NCBI GenBank assembly: GCA_965649825.1
Contig: OZ287700.1
Span: 868,001-932,000, forward strand
From: Penicillus capitatus
Taxonomy: Eukaryota > Plantae > Chlorophyta
DNA length: 64,000 nt
Direction: 5' to 3'
The position numbers and the translations under genes were made by a program. Shown here piece after piece: positions 24,063 through 35,560 of the stretch; position 1 is the first letter of the stretch; every line of letters begins with the position of its first letter. Under the pieces are notes generated by a model that was not told where the DNA came from, did not search any database, and saw nothing but the letters and a program-made list of their open reading frames with translations.

Positions 24063-24821
24063 TCAGCTACAAACACACAAAATGAGAATAGAGAGAACAG
24101 AAATGGCAGGACTTACACAACGGAGAGTCTGGCAGTACATAAGGGCATCGGTCTGCGTAGTAGCAGCCGATGCCCAGTCCATCGAGGAGCATGGATCGGG
24201 AGCGAACTCCCAATCCATGTCCTCATCACATTCGGGCCCTTGGGACCCGAATGTGTGGACTTGCACACTCGGAGTAGGCTGAGACGGCCACTCTGGGTAG
24301 GGGGCCGGCGACGAGAATAGAGAAGGCCGCGTCGGAAATAGCCGCTGCGCCGGGCCGGATGTCTGCGGTGGTGGCGCCGGGCCGGATGTCTGCGGTGGTG
24401 GCGCCGGGCCGGATGTCTGCGGTGGTGGCGCCGGGCCGGATGTCTGCGGTGGTGGCGCCGGGCCGGATGTCTGCGGTGGTGGCGGCGGCTGCACAAATGG
24501 CGGTAGGGAAGTAGCCTACGAAAGAAAACACACCATTCAAGAGCTCGCCAAGGGATTTAATCTTACCTCAGCGCCCCCGCTGCGTCTTTGGGACTGGCGT
24601 GATGCCAGTCCGTCGTCACTTTCCTGAGCGGAAAGGCGATAGGGGCGCCTGCTGGATGGCTGCCCGGTTTGGCCCGCAGGATTGCCAAACCGGGCGCGGG
24701 ACTCTGCGTCCCTCACCGCCATTTGGGCCGGTGTCTTCGCCCTGAGGGCCCTCTGCAGCGCCTCTTTCTGCGCAGGCGACATGTTCTTGAAGCCATAGAA
24801 CGTGTCTAGGGCTTCCTCCAT
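24063..24821 (-). CDS. Small proline-rich protein with (QTSGPAPPP)n repeat, unknown function
   Basis: MEEALDTFYGFKNMSPAQKEALQRAL...GGAE spliced in frame (gtaaga...cgtag) to ATSLPPFVQPPPPPQTSGPAPPP...; 3' end uncertain. Confidence 0.45.
24348..24482. repeat. Perfect 27-bp tandem repeat x5
   Basis: cgccgggccggatgtctgcggtggtgg repeated five times. Confidence 0.97.
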
Positions 24822-25531
24822 CCTGTGTTTCACAGGCAAACAGCACAAAAGGGTTAGTAGTGTTCATAGATAAGGCCATAGCCTTGATCACGGACGCTGG
24901 AAAGACAGGAAAAGAGAAGCCGCATGTTGAACGACAGGAAAGACGAATTCCGTTCCATGCGCATGCAACAGCCAGAGCGGCCGAGGACTCGCATAAAGCG
25001 CGTAGGAACGCGGAAACGCGACGCGCGGCTGAGAGAACGTAGTAACGCGTTGGGCCGGCGACAGCAACAAGGAGATTGGCTCACTTCTGCCATGGATTGC
25101 TATTGCCGGAGTTGTTCGAGCGTTCAGCCATCTTCTTGAAGTTCGCTTCGGAAGGAAACGTGCACCAAAACGAAAATACGAACAAACTCAACCGCAGATC
25201 AGCTGGAATCCGCGGGGGTACAGGTAAACGGTCAAGAGGTGCCTGTCATGGGGTCTCGGGCCGTTGCATGACGGATGCCCAGGCCAACAGGCCAGGGGAG
25301 CTGTGTGCAGAAGCGTCACGACACGGAGCAGTCATGCTGATGTTGTACGCGCATATAGACCAAGTCTATAGAGAATCTGTTGAGGTTTGCAGTCGACTGC
25401 AGACATCTATCTCTCTCTGAAAAGTCCGTCTCTAGGAGTGGCCCTCGGATCGCGTGCCACCGCTCTGGAGATAGAGGCCGTTGGTTAACAGTTCGGATTG
25501 CCTGGATGAATTAAGAGAGATGACTGAGCGA

Positions 25532-27154
25532 TTAGGAGGTGTCAACGACAGCAAGGAATGGAGCGGGCGTCGCGCGTGCCATTGCGGAGGTCGGCAGCTG
25601 CGCTATCCTGGCTGAGGGAAGTGAGATCCTTGGAGGATATATCAGTTTGAGGCAGATCTGAAGTGCTTGTGTGTTCAAGGAACTACATGCGTGTCCATGG
25701 GCGATCTGGAGCAAGGCCTTTCGAGCGTTCTTCTCGGAAGATGTGCTCGGTGCATAATGGAAGCTGTGACGCGTGGACAAGAGCAAGCCCTGAAGAGCAA
25801 TGTTATGATGGTCTAAGGCTAGGTCGATGAGGCGGTGATGCCTGTACGACGAAGAAGGCGTGCAGTCGCATTTCAGCGATGGCGAATAAAGATACGCTGC
25901 CTGCGAGCATCTTTTCATTCGAGATCCAGTTTCCTGGACAGGTCTCGGAATGCAGTCGAACACTTCGATGAAAATGTGGATGATGCGATGTTGGCATCAC
26001 CGTATTGAATCGTGCCGCCGATACCTGGAACGACTTCATCATTGTCGCTGCGAAGAAAAGGATAGTAAAAGAGAGTTTATTAGGTTCTTGAGGACATTGA
26101 TGTTCATTTGTGTTACACATATGATATTCCAGACTGCATGCTTGTGTAGAAGGTGGCTTAATACTTTATCCATTTTCTCATAAGATAAAGAGCAGAGCTC
26201 TACGCAATACGATCGCTGACGCACACACGAAGAGGAATCGCGTCGGGTGTCAGAATCGGAACTGAGACGCCAATGCACCTGTCTGACATTTTCATACAGA
26301 TCTGCAGCTGGAGACTCAGATTCGTCTGTCTGTGTCGCTGTTCTATGTCGAAGACGGCGGCCCTGAAAAATCGTCATGTTGCCCCTGCTGGATCTGGATC
26401 GTCCATTCAGCTATCGGATCTTTCAAAGGAAGAGGCTGTCGTCGTTCGTAAGAGGGCAGACCAAGTTGGATGTTGCATGCAGCACATGCGTTCCGAATCC
26501 TCTGCGGCCAGAAAACGGCGAACAGGTGTCAGAGTCGGTTGAAGAGAGTCCATGCGTGGAGACCGAGAAAAAGGACAACCGAATGGCTCGTTCGCTGCCT
26601 CCAAAACAGTGAGAGCATTCTGCTGAAGCGAGCTGGAATGGGTCAGTCGTCATCTCAGAAGAGGTCGTTGGAGGCGAAGCGTACGGATTCGGTATACGGA
26701 ACCGTGAATTCCATAGACCGTTGGTGATTTGTCCTTCTATCCCGTACGACAAGGGCCAAGATGAAGATAGGTTACACTTGAAGGCTACAGCGCGACGGTC
26801 GACTCGTTGTTCAAGAAGGCGCCGGACGTTTCGGCGACTCGCAGGATCGCTTTTACGGGGCGGCGGAGTGCGTCGGTCCGACACAGAAGCCAAGCGAGAA
26901 GGATTCGTTGTCTCTTCGTTCGGCCGACCCGAAAATGGTATGGAAACTTTTTGGAAGCTGACTTCTGTCCCAGTTCTGCTCATTAGTGAAGCCTGGAGTT
27001 CATTTGTGCCTGTCTTGTCGATGCACGGAACATTGAGAGCAGCAAAAAAGTGTGAACGTCGATACAGCGAAGTCAGTGATCTCTTCCTCGAGGATTCTCT
27101 GCCTTTTCCATGGCTGATCCGACACGGGAGATAAAAGTGTGAGACGCTCGCCAT
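25532..27154 (-). CDS. Uncharacterised multi-exon gene (Ser/Arg-rich exon plus helical C-terminal exons); source of the copy at 1-1400
   Basis: The 243-aa ORF splices in frame (gtctgc...gatag, 51 nt) to LNGRSRSS...YENVRQ, then to RSYCVELCSLSYEKMDKVL; both ends uncertain. Confidence 0.35.
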
Positions 27155-28207
27155 GAGTGATAAGATCCTGAAATGACCAACAGGTTGCGAGGATGCTCTT
27201 CGTGTGCAGTAGCCGAGCAGAGCTGTGTGGTATATGGATCAGACGAAGAGGAAGATCAAGTCATTCGTCTGTGATGTGTCTAAATCACGCGATGTGTGGT
27301 GTCGAGTGACAGTTAATGCGACTGTTCGCCTCCGTGCAACCCTTTTTGAATGTCCGAATGCAGCGCTAGTGGAGAATTTCACAAACTGTCTCGCTTTACA
27401 ATTGTATTACAGACAGTGACTGTCACAGCTGTAGTTTGATATTACTGCAAAGAAGCGGGTGTAAAACCATACCTTCCTGTGTCGAGGTCAATCCAATTGT
27501 GAATGAAGGTCGTGCCTTTGGTCGGTAGTTCTTCCTGAAGCTCTTAGACGTCCTTGCGTATGTTTTCGAGAGCATAGTTCTGCTAAGGGAGGTTCAAGCG
27601 GTTGGTCATAACGCGGATGGGTTGCCTGACTGCCCCGAAGCTATGGTTTCATCGGACCCCGCTGCCGCCTGCAAGCACATCGCCGACCAGAGGCACTATC
27701 GCGGATTGCGTTTTACTGCTGCGATTGCTTTTGGCAACGCAACTCGTTCGAGGAAGACTCTCCGGACGTCTCATCTTCGCGAATCGTCGCCAGGCGCGTC
27801 TTCGACACCTGGTAAGAAATTCCAGCTCATTCTTTTTCTATTGCGGCTCAACTCAGCACAGTCCAGGCGCAGACGGGACACGAGCGTTCTCCTTGCGTCG
27901 CACTCTACCTGTTGCTCCGGTCGGCTCGATGAGAGAGTACTCATTTCGCTTGTAGATACCTCTGCGACACGATCGCGGTGAGCATGTCGTGCAAGACGTG
28001 CAGGGATTCCAAAGGTCCGTGCGGTAGAGTCCTACGAGATCAGGAGAAATGCAGAACTGGAGACGGGCGTGCTTAAGGCGCGTCGAAATCCTGTAAGCTG
28101 CCTCTGTATCCACGTATACAAGACATAGCTGCGGCAACGTGCATTTCTTGATTGTGTGTTTCACACGTAATTCTCTTATCTGAGATAACCGTCCTCATCC
28201 TTAACTT

Positions 28208-28300
28208 CCAGGACAACATGTCCTTCTTCAACCTTGACCCAGGACAAGGCGCCCTTTTTCGACGTGAACCCAGGACAATATGTTCTTCTTCGACCTTAAC
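28208..28300 (+). repeat. 31-bp unit x3 in the 5' region of BI-1 copy A
   Basis: ccaggacaa at 28208, 28239 and 28270; only one unit upstream of copy B. Confidence 0.85.
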
Positions 28301-28333
28301 TCTTCGGCGTCATTTTCATTGTGCTTGTCGACG

Positions 28334-29372
28334 ATGGCGTTCTTCATCGACCTCTCTATCAGAGCCATGTCCTTGGATGCCTTGCTGAAGTTTACAGACC
28401 TGTAAGACAGCGCATTCCCTTAACACGCTATTCAGATATGTTTGTTTGTTCAGGGACCGTCGTGTACAGGAGCATATTCACGAAGTCTGTTCCGTTTTCG
28501 AAAGCGTCGGTCGATCATGCATCTCTCAGGTCTACGCCATGTTGGCGGTTTCCTTCATCGTCTTCCTCTGGGGCGTTGCAATAAACGGATTGGGGAGAAT
28601 TGATGGTATACTACCTACTCTACTGGGTTTAGGATGCCTCCTCATTATGAGGATCCTGCAGCCCATACCGCAGAACCTTGTCTCTTGCCTCTATCCTCAC
28701 TCTATCCACCCTCAACCTTTCTGTCCTACAGAGCAAACGGACAAGCTTGTTTACTGCGTTTTCCTTCTTCGAAGGTCTGTCTATCGGACCGGAAATCAAT
28801 GTTGTCCTGGGAGCCTACCCATCTGTCGTACTTACGGCCTTCTGCGCAACACTGATCGTTTTCGCTTCGTTCTCTGCCTTGGCATTGGTAGCCAAGCGAC
28901 GTTCCATGCTCTATCTCACAGGTGCGTGTGAGCAATGAAAGAAGACAGCTGCGGACTGCCTTGCCGATTCTAGGATTCTGTTCCACTGGACTGCTGGCTT
29001 TGGCCTTTTGGAGTTTTTTTTCTATTTGCCGCTCCAGGTGGTCGCATTTGCCTGAGATACTCTTTGGCCTCGTCCTTCTCTCAGTTTGCATCCTGGTTGC
29101 CACTCAGGCAATGACTGCTTAACATGATGTGACGTTTTCGTGAGAAAACATGCTCTGACTTTACAGATGATGATCGAACGGGCGACTGCTGGAGATGTCG
29201 ATCCGATCGATGGTGCCGAGAGGCTGCTGTTTGGTTTCATTGACATCCTCCCCCGCATTCTGTACATCTTAGTAATTACTCCTCACTTTTTTGAAATGGT
29301 CATTGCCGCGATGCTTTTCAGTTGGATAAGAAGAACGAGGAGGAAAGAAACAAAAGAAAACGTCGGAACTGA
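28334..29372 (+). CDS. BI-1: Bax inhibitor-1 family protein, divergent copy A
   Basis: 7 exons splice to an open frame: MAFFIDLS...VYAMLAV...EGLSIGP...FASFSALALVAKRRSMLYL...ATQ|MMIERATAGDVDPI...LDKKNEEERNKRKRRN*. Confidence 0.85.
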
Positions 29373-30283
29373 CGGATGAAATCGATCGAAGCCGTTCCTT
29401 TCACATCCATCAAACTTTTGAACAGACCCAACACTCTTTCCTATATCATTGACGTGTCCAGTCCTGTGAAAGAAGTCTCAGAAACTGTTAGACTGATGCA
29501 TCTCGATGCACGAGGTTGTCAAAATGAAGAAGCCCTTTTTGAGGAAAGAAGACCTGGTGGAGAGCTTCGCTATTGGCCGTTTTGTTTTCTTCTCTTTTTC
29601 GTCGATCAGTTGCCCCACAGACATAGCTCGATGGGTTCTGACAGGATGATCGTCTTCGCTGGAACGTGGATTCGAGTAAGGAAGACAGGGCCAAGCTTCA
29701 GTCGTATCTCTTGAAAGATGCTCACCGTCGTTTGATTGACACGACGACGTCGCGCCTCTTCGCTGGGCTCCTGGTTGAGATGCCACGCTCGTTCCCTTCT
29801 CAATTCTAATCCCCATTCGGCCTCGAGAAGAATAAAGACTGCAACACGATCATTTAAACTGGAAGAGAGTCCTCATGTCTGCCTTCGCACAGAGGAGCCA
29901 AGAGACCTAGCTGATGTACACAAGCACAACAGAAACTGGCCCGGAAGAATCATCTCCTTCCATTCACCCCGCATCTTCATACACTAGACTTTTCGCGTCA
30001 ACATGAAATCACATCCAACATCAAGGTCTTTGTCTAGACACTGTCCTTCGAAACAAAGGCACTGTTAAACAAGTCGCCACAGCAATCTCTGCGCGTGTCA
30101 AAGTCTCTGTACGTCTCTCCAACAGTAGACAGACAGATCATTGGTCTGACGGGCTGAAGCATCGTCGTCTGCATCAACTGGCGTCAAATCTTCCGCGGAG
30201 AGACAGGGATGCATGTGCGCGCAGTCAAAGGATCCTTCTGTTAAAGCAACTACTGTTCTACTATGGCTTATGGCACCATCCGT

Positions 30284-30751
30284 CTATCTTCTCGCTCGAA
30301 ATTGAGACAAGGGACCGTTCGAAAAAGCGAATCCCACATGAATCTGCTTTCCCAGTATCTCGACACCATCCATACGTTCCACCGCGCACTGGGCCTCTGC
30401 TAACTCTCCATACTCGATCACAGCATACCCCTAATCATCCATTCTCGATTCGGCAGCCATTCGACATAGGACCCTCCACTTTGACAAATCCTGTCTGTCG
30501 ATCGAGGTTGAGATAGAGATTCTTGACATTTCCAAACTCGGCAAACGGTTCGTATATATCTTCATCTTGTGCCTCTTCGTGGACGCCCGTTATCATCAAC
30601 ACCCAACCTTCCACAGCTACAAACGCACATTTCTAACGCTGGGAGATTCGAAAGAGGTCAAACATCGCGCAGGCTGAACGGTCACGCTACGACGAGGACG
30701 AACCCCATCGACTTCCATGTCATCGCTCATGCCAGTCGGGAAAGCGGCCAT
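30284..30751 (-). CDS. RBM8A: RNA-binding protein 8A / Y14 (exon junction complex)
   Basis: [49 protein letters not shown]|GYAVIEY, 3 exons. Confidence 0.93.
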
Positions 30752-30815
30752 CTCAGAAGAGGGGTCAAATCACTGAAGTACAATTGTCACGCGGTAAGGT
30801 TTCTGAACGGCACGG

Positions 30816-32271
30816 ATGATCGACGCCTGGTCGCCACGCGTTTCCCACTCAAGGAGGGGACCATCGCTCTCTGCTTCCACCTACGAGCCTCTCCGCACCG
30901 GCATCTCGCCAAACGTCTGCGACCGTGGGAGACATCACGTCGTCGTCGCTGCCTATCCATACCGCCCTCCCCCGCAGCGATGGACTGCTGGATATCGACC
31001 CCCTTCGCCTCAGCACCTGGGAGACGATTACAGACGCCGTGTGCGATCACCCAGTCCAGTTGGTCGTCGCCCCTCCGCATCACATCCTTCCATTTCTTCA
31101 GAGACAGAACAGGCGTTAGAGAAACTGATCATGCGATTCCACCTGCGTAGCTCGCACAAGAGACAGGTCCGTCTTCTGCGAGATCGTCTGGCTAGGGATG
31201 CATCGCATGGATAGATGCGACTGTTTTTGGAGTTGGGTTTGAGCATCGATGACCTGGCAAAGCTCGCGAAGCGACGTCCAGAGGTGTTGAACTATCGGCC
31301 GTCGACCATGAAGAAGAAAATTGCGTTCCTCGTCGAGCAGACCGGAATGACCCGAGCGCAATTCAACAAGGCATGACGTACTGTGCCCCTGTGCTCAATG
31401 AAGGGCACCTCTCTCCTGTCTTGTCAGTTTCTCCTGAAGTTTCCGAGGATTCTGGAGTACAGTATGAAGAAGACGGTCCTTCCTCGGCTCAATTTCCTGC
31501 TCTCTATCGGTTTCCAACGAGAGGATCTCGCCAAAGTGTGACCTTCAAATGCGCGACCTCGACTGAAGGATGGACTGGTGGTGTTTAGATCCTGATCCAG
31601 GCGCCAGCCGTGACAGAACTGAGTGTGGAGAACACCCTTGCCCCTCGCGTTGAGTTCTTGCGAGACGTGATCGGCATTCGATCGGATCTCCTCATCAAAA
31701 CCCTCCGAAAGAAGCCGCAGCTTCTGACCTTCAGCCGAGAGAGCATGAGTGCACGGATTGCTTTTTTACAGGAGTGGAACATGAGTGCCACCGATATCAC
31801 ACACGTAATCGCCCGTCATCCTCAGATCTTACACTACAGTGTGCAGAGCATGTCGGAACATATCCGTTACCTTCTCCACGTCGGTATCGAACGTGCCAAC
31901 ATCCAACGCATCATTGCGCGTTTTCCTCAGATCTTGTCTCTGGACTTGAAAGTGAGCCCTCACTCTTCTCACTCTTTTTGTCGTTAACTGTCCCGCAGGT
32001 CAATTTGATCCCTAAGGTGCGTTACCTGTGCCATCAGCTTGGAGGAAACACGCAGACACTCGAGCAGTATCCTGTCTTTGTTGGTCTGTCTCTGAAGAAA
32101 CGCATCATTCCTCGGCATCGATTTCTCTCGTCCTTGGGTTCTGTGGACGTTCGAATGCCCGTCCCGATCAACTGGTTCAAATGCAGCGACGCTGTTTTTG
32201 CCAGCAGCATTGCAAAAGTGCCATTGGAAGAGTTTATCGCGTTCAAGGAGCGTTGTTTTCATCAGTCCTAA
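30816..32271 (+). CDS. mTERF family protein, organelle-targeted
   Basis: Repeated mTERF motifs (PEVLNY, KFPRILEYS...LPRLNFL, LAPRVEFL, HPQILHYS, LIPKVRYL, RIIPRHRFL) after a transit-peptide-like N-terminus. Confidence 0.88.
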
Positions 32272-32509
32272 ACGTTTTGCCGCGGGGGATTCTTATTCAA
32301 CAGATGATTAGTGAGAGATATCCATCGACGATTCCAGGAGTGCTGTGTCGTACAACGTCACATCACTCAGGAATGTAAAGAGAGAAGCGACGCTTTCGAG
32401 CGTCCGTCCTTATAGAAACACCCGTCCCATCCGTCACATCACGCCTTTCCAGGGATCCGCACCCTCTTCGGTATTGTTTCGTCCATCCATCAATTCAACA
32501 CGACGAGGC

Positions 32510-33286
32510 ATGAGCGAGACATCCGACCCGGCGAGTCTCATCGTATCGGATACGTTCTTGATACTCTTCCTATCGTTTTTGACATACCTTCTGGTCATTC
32601 TTGGTGGCATCTATATCGTCTGGCTCTTTCCCGTTGTGCGAAATGGCTCCACCAGTCCCAGTGCCGATGTGCACATTCGATGGGCAACCACCGCCGCGTC
32701 CTTTCTCCATTCCGCCCTCATTGCCTCCGTCGGCATTCTGGTTCTGTTCTTCGAAGACTGGCAACAGAAGTCAATGGTCGATGGCAAGTCGCCTCTGGTC
32801 CCCATCTTTGTGACGTGGGAATTGGGTCATCTCTTGCAGCAGACGATGTTCAAGTGTTATCTCCTCATGGACGTCACCAGTCACCGATCGCACGGTTTGC
32901 TCTCTCTTCTGCGCCATTTGGTGATGATCTCTTTCTTGCCTTGGTACGAACCGCTCGGTATTGGTCATTTTTTTCTCGGTCTCTATTTTATCTCGCACTT
33001 CAGTTCTGCCTTCTGGAATCTGCGTAGTCTATTGGCTAAGGGCGGTAAGGAGCAATCGGGTATCTATCAGTTTGTCTCGATCATGTGTCCCTTCTCTTTT
33101 GTGCTCTGCCGTTTTGTCCCTCTCTTTACCATTCCTCTGACGGACCCTGCTGGTTTTAGAGGTCTTCTTGATCAGTTTTCTGTTCTGCATTTGGCATTGG
33201 TTGTTGCTGTCACCATCTACAACTCGATAGGTTTCATTCAGATCATACAAACGAAATCGATTCTCAAGCGATTCAAACTTGCTTAG
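32510..33286 (+). CDS. TLC (TRAM/LAG1/CLN8) domain membrane protein, intronless
   Basis: Multiple TM segments; SFLHSAL, SHFSSAFWNLRSLL..G...SGIY, FSFVLCRF resemble the TLC consensus. Confidence 0.65.
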   Translation: MSETSDPASLIVSDTFLILFLSFLTYLLVILGGIYIVWLFPVVRNGSTSPSADVHIRWATTAASFLHSALIASVGILVLFFEDWQQKSMVDGKSPLVPIFVTWELGHLLQQTMFKCYLLMDVTSHRSHGLLSLLRHLVMISFLPWYEPLGIGHFFLGLYFISHFSSAFWNLRSLLAKGGKEQSGIYQFVSIMCPFSFVLCRFVPLFTIPLTDPAGFRGLLDQFSVLHLALVVAVTIYNSIGFIQIIQTKSILKRFKLA

Positions 33287-33340
33287 CGTCTGTCTGCTGT
33301 CACCCTTCTATCATACATTGTTCTTTTCTGTGGCCTATTA

Positions 33341-35442
33341 TTACAAAACGGGTGACGACTTGTTAAATGAGTGCGATAAAGAGTGATGTAACGTCCATCG
33401 TTCGACTGAGCGTTTCTGCTCCCTGCCTTTCTCAAGACTCGAATAAAAGACAAATGGCAGTCCGGCGATCATGAAGACCTCAAGCGCAAAGAGACTGAAG
33501 CGGAGGGAATCGGTGACATCTAGCAGTCCTCCGACAACAAGGGGACCCATCCACGTCGTGCAGTTTTCCAGCAATCCTTCGAAGGACATGATGGTCGCAC
33601 TGAATCCCTGCGGAATCATATCTGCCATCATCGCACGGACCATAGCTGGAAAGGGCGCAACGAAGAAGGCTGACAGACACATCAGAATATAAATCTCATA
33701 ACGGTTGCGCACGCCGATCCAGATGTAGAGAGGAAGACACATGACGAGGACGCAATAGACCTACGCCGTTCGTTGTACACCAAAGGGGTAGTAGTAGATA
33801 CACGTGTATATGGACCTGGAAGATTCGGAGGATGTTGCCGGAGTATTTCTGGATCAACAGAGAAGTGCCGACGGCGGATGGCACACCGACGGCCAGATAC
33901 AACAAAATGATGGGTGCCAGCTCCGTCGCCGTCATGGCAAATTCGCGTTCGAAGAAGAGGGTGGACATTGCCAGGACGGTCTGGATGGCAAGCCAGAAAA
34001 GCATGCGACCAATCATCAAGGCCAGCAAACGCGGAAGCTTCTGATAAAGCAATTTCAATGTCTTGATCGACCTCTTTGCACCAATCATAAATTTATTGCC
34101 TGTACACGCACAAAGGCATCGCTGTAGTCATAAAGACATGTGTGTATCGGTTTCGATCGTGCCTGGTGGAAAGGGTGGGCCGTCTCTGTTCTTGAGCCGC
34201 GTGATGCCCAGGTAACAGAAGATGGCACCCCATAACGTCGAGACGAGAACAGCGCTGCGTTCGCCGAGGGTGTCTTTGGGATCGTCCTCGTCCGATAGCC
34301 ACAGCAGCAGGCCGAACTGAATCATGAGACAGACAAACTGCCCGGCGATGAAGAAAGCGGATTCGCCGATGGCCGTCCTTCCGGCCACGGCTTCGTAGAG
34401 CCGCTGATACTCGTCCATCAGCTGCACGGTATCGTGCATGTCCGAAGGGTAGTAGTCTGCTCCGGACAGCAATAGATTGCCGGCCGGGTGACTGGCATCG
34501 GAGTCCACTGAGTGCATCGTGGGCGAGGCCACTTCGACGTACATCGGCACGGCGTCTGGTTTCGTAGGGTCTTTGGTGGCAAAGTCGTCGCTGGCGACAC
34601 TGGTCGAAGGTAGCAACAGATCTGGAGAGCTGACCAGGCCTCCTTCGGCCACAGGCGTTCGATCCATCATGTGACGATGGGCCATCTCAATAGAAATGCT
34701 CCCTGGCGAAGGGATCTCGTGCTTCTCCTCGGAATGCAGTTTGTGTTCGAGTTCGACCACTTCACGAGTGGCATTGATAATGAGTGGCAGGTAAGAAGCC
34801 AACGGCGACTTCAGTCCAAAAACAAAAGCCACAGTGCCTGCCACGGTCAGCGCCAGTCCAATGCCATAGAGGTCAGGATTGCTGACGAAGAACATCGCAG
34901 AGAAGACAGGAATCCAAACGAAAACGCAGCCAACGAGAAGCTGCCTACGGTAATGGCCATAGTCACTGAAGGGGCCCACAATGACAAACAACACGCCTAC
35001 AAAGCAGCTCGATGACCTGTCACATCATCACGAGATGGCGCCAGATGTGACCTGTGAGAAAGAGTACGGCAGTGGTGCCGTAGACGATGGCGTTGGTGTA
35101 CTGCACACCGAGTCCAGGTACAGATTTATCGCTGGGGAACCAGACGCAGTCATCTGAATAGCCTTCCGGTCGGGTGTAGGGATCGGGGGCATCTTTGGGA
35201 AACGGTCTGCCTGTTCCGTTGCACAAATCGCCGTCGGCAAACTTCTCACGCCACTCTATCCAGTTCTCTCCCTCGCTGCCCTCAGCCGCCAAGTACTTCG
35301 TTTGCTTGACAATGAGAAGCTGAATAAAGATAATAAGAACGCTCGCCATTGGACCGTGTGCCATCGACGTGAGATAGAGTCCACCGATTTCGCGTTTCTC
35401 GGCGATGGGCGGCGCGTTCGACGTATCGCCGGCGTCAACCAT
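33341..35442 (-). CDS. MFS transporter, Atg22/UMF1-like
   Basis: REIGGLYL, VGPFSDYG.YRRQLL, RAMMADMIPQGFSATIMSF, WMGPLVVG motifs; many TM segments; multi-exon. Confidence 0.8.
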
Positions 35443-35560
35443 ATTGCGAACACGCACTCTGAATACAGGAATGGTAAGATAGGTGGGTGTCACCATGTCG
35501 TCCCACACGTCACATCATGTACAACGACATTGGGTTACGTGAAAGATGGACTGGCGCGAG

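Noticed and set aside
24740-24821. FYGFKNMSPAQKEAL resembling the end of a PARP-type zinc finger
   Set aside because: No upstream Cys/His ligands could be placed in frame.
27480-27820. Possible TAA/TAG = Gln code, as in some ulvophytes, suggested by one stop-punctuated frame (KDV*ELQEEL)
   Set aside because: Long conserved exons (NiR 462 aa, VPS18, TLC) contain no in-frame TAA/TAG, and several genes end in TAA or TAG at the expected place.
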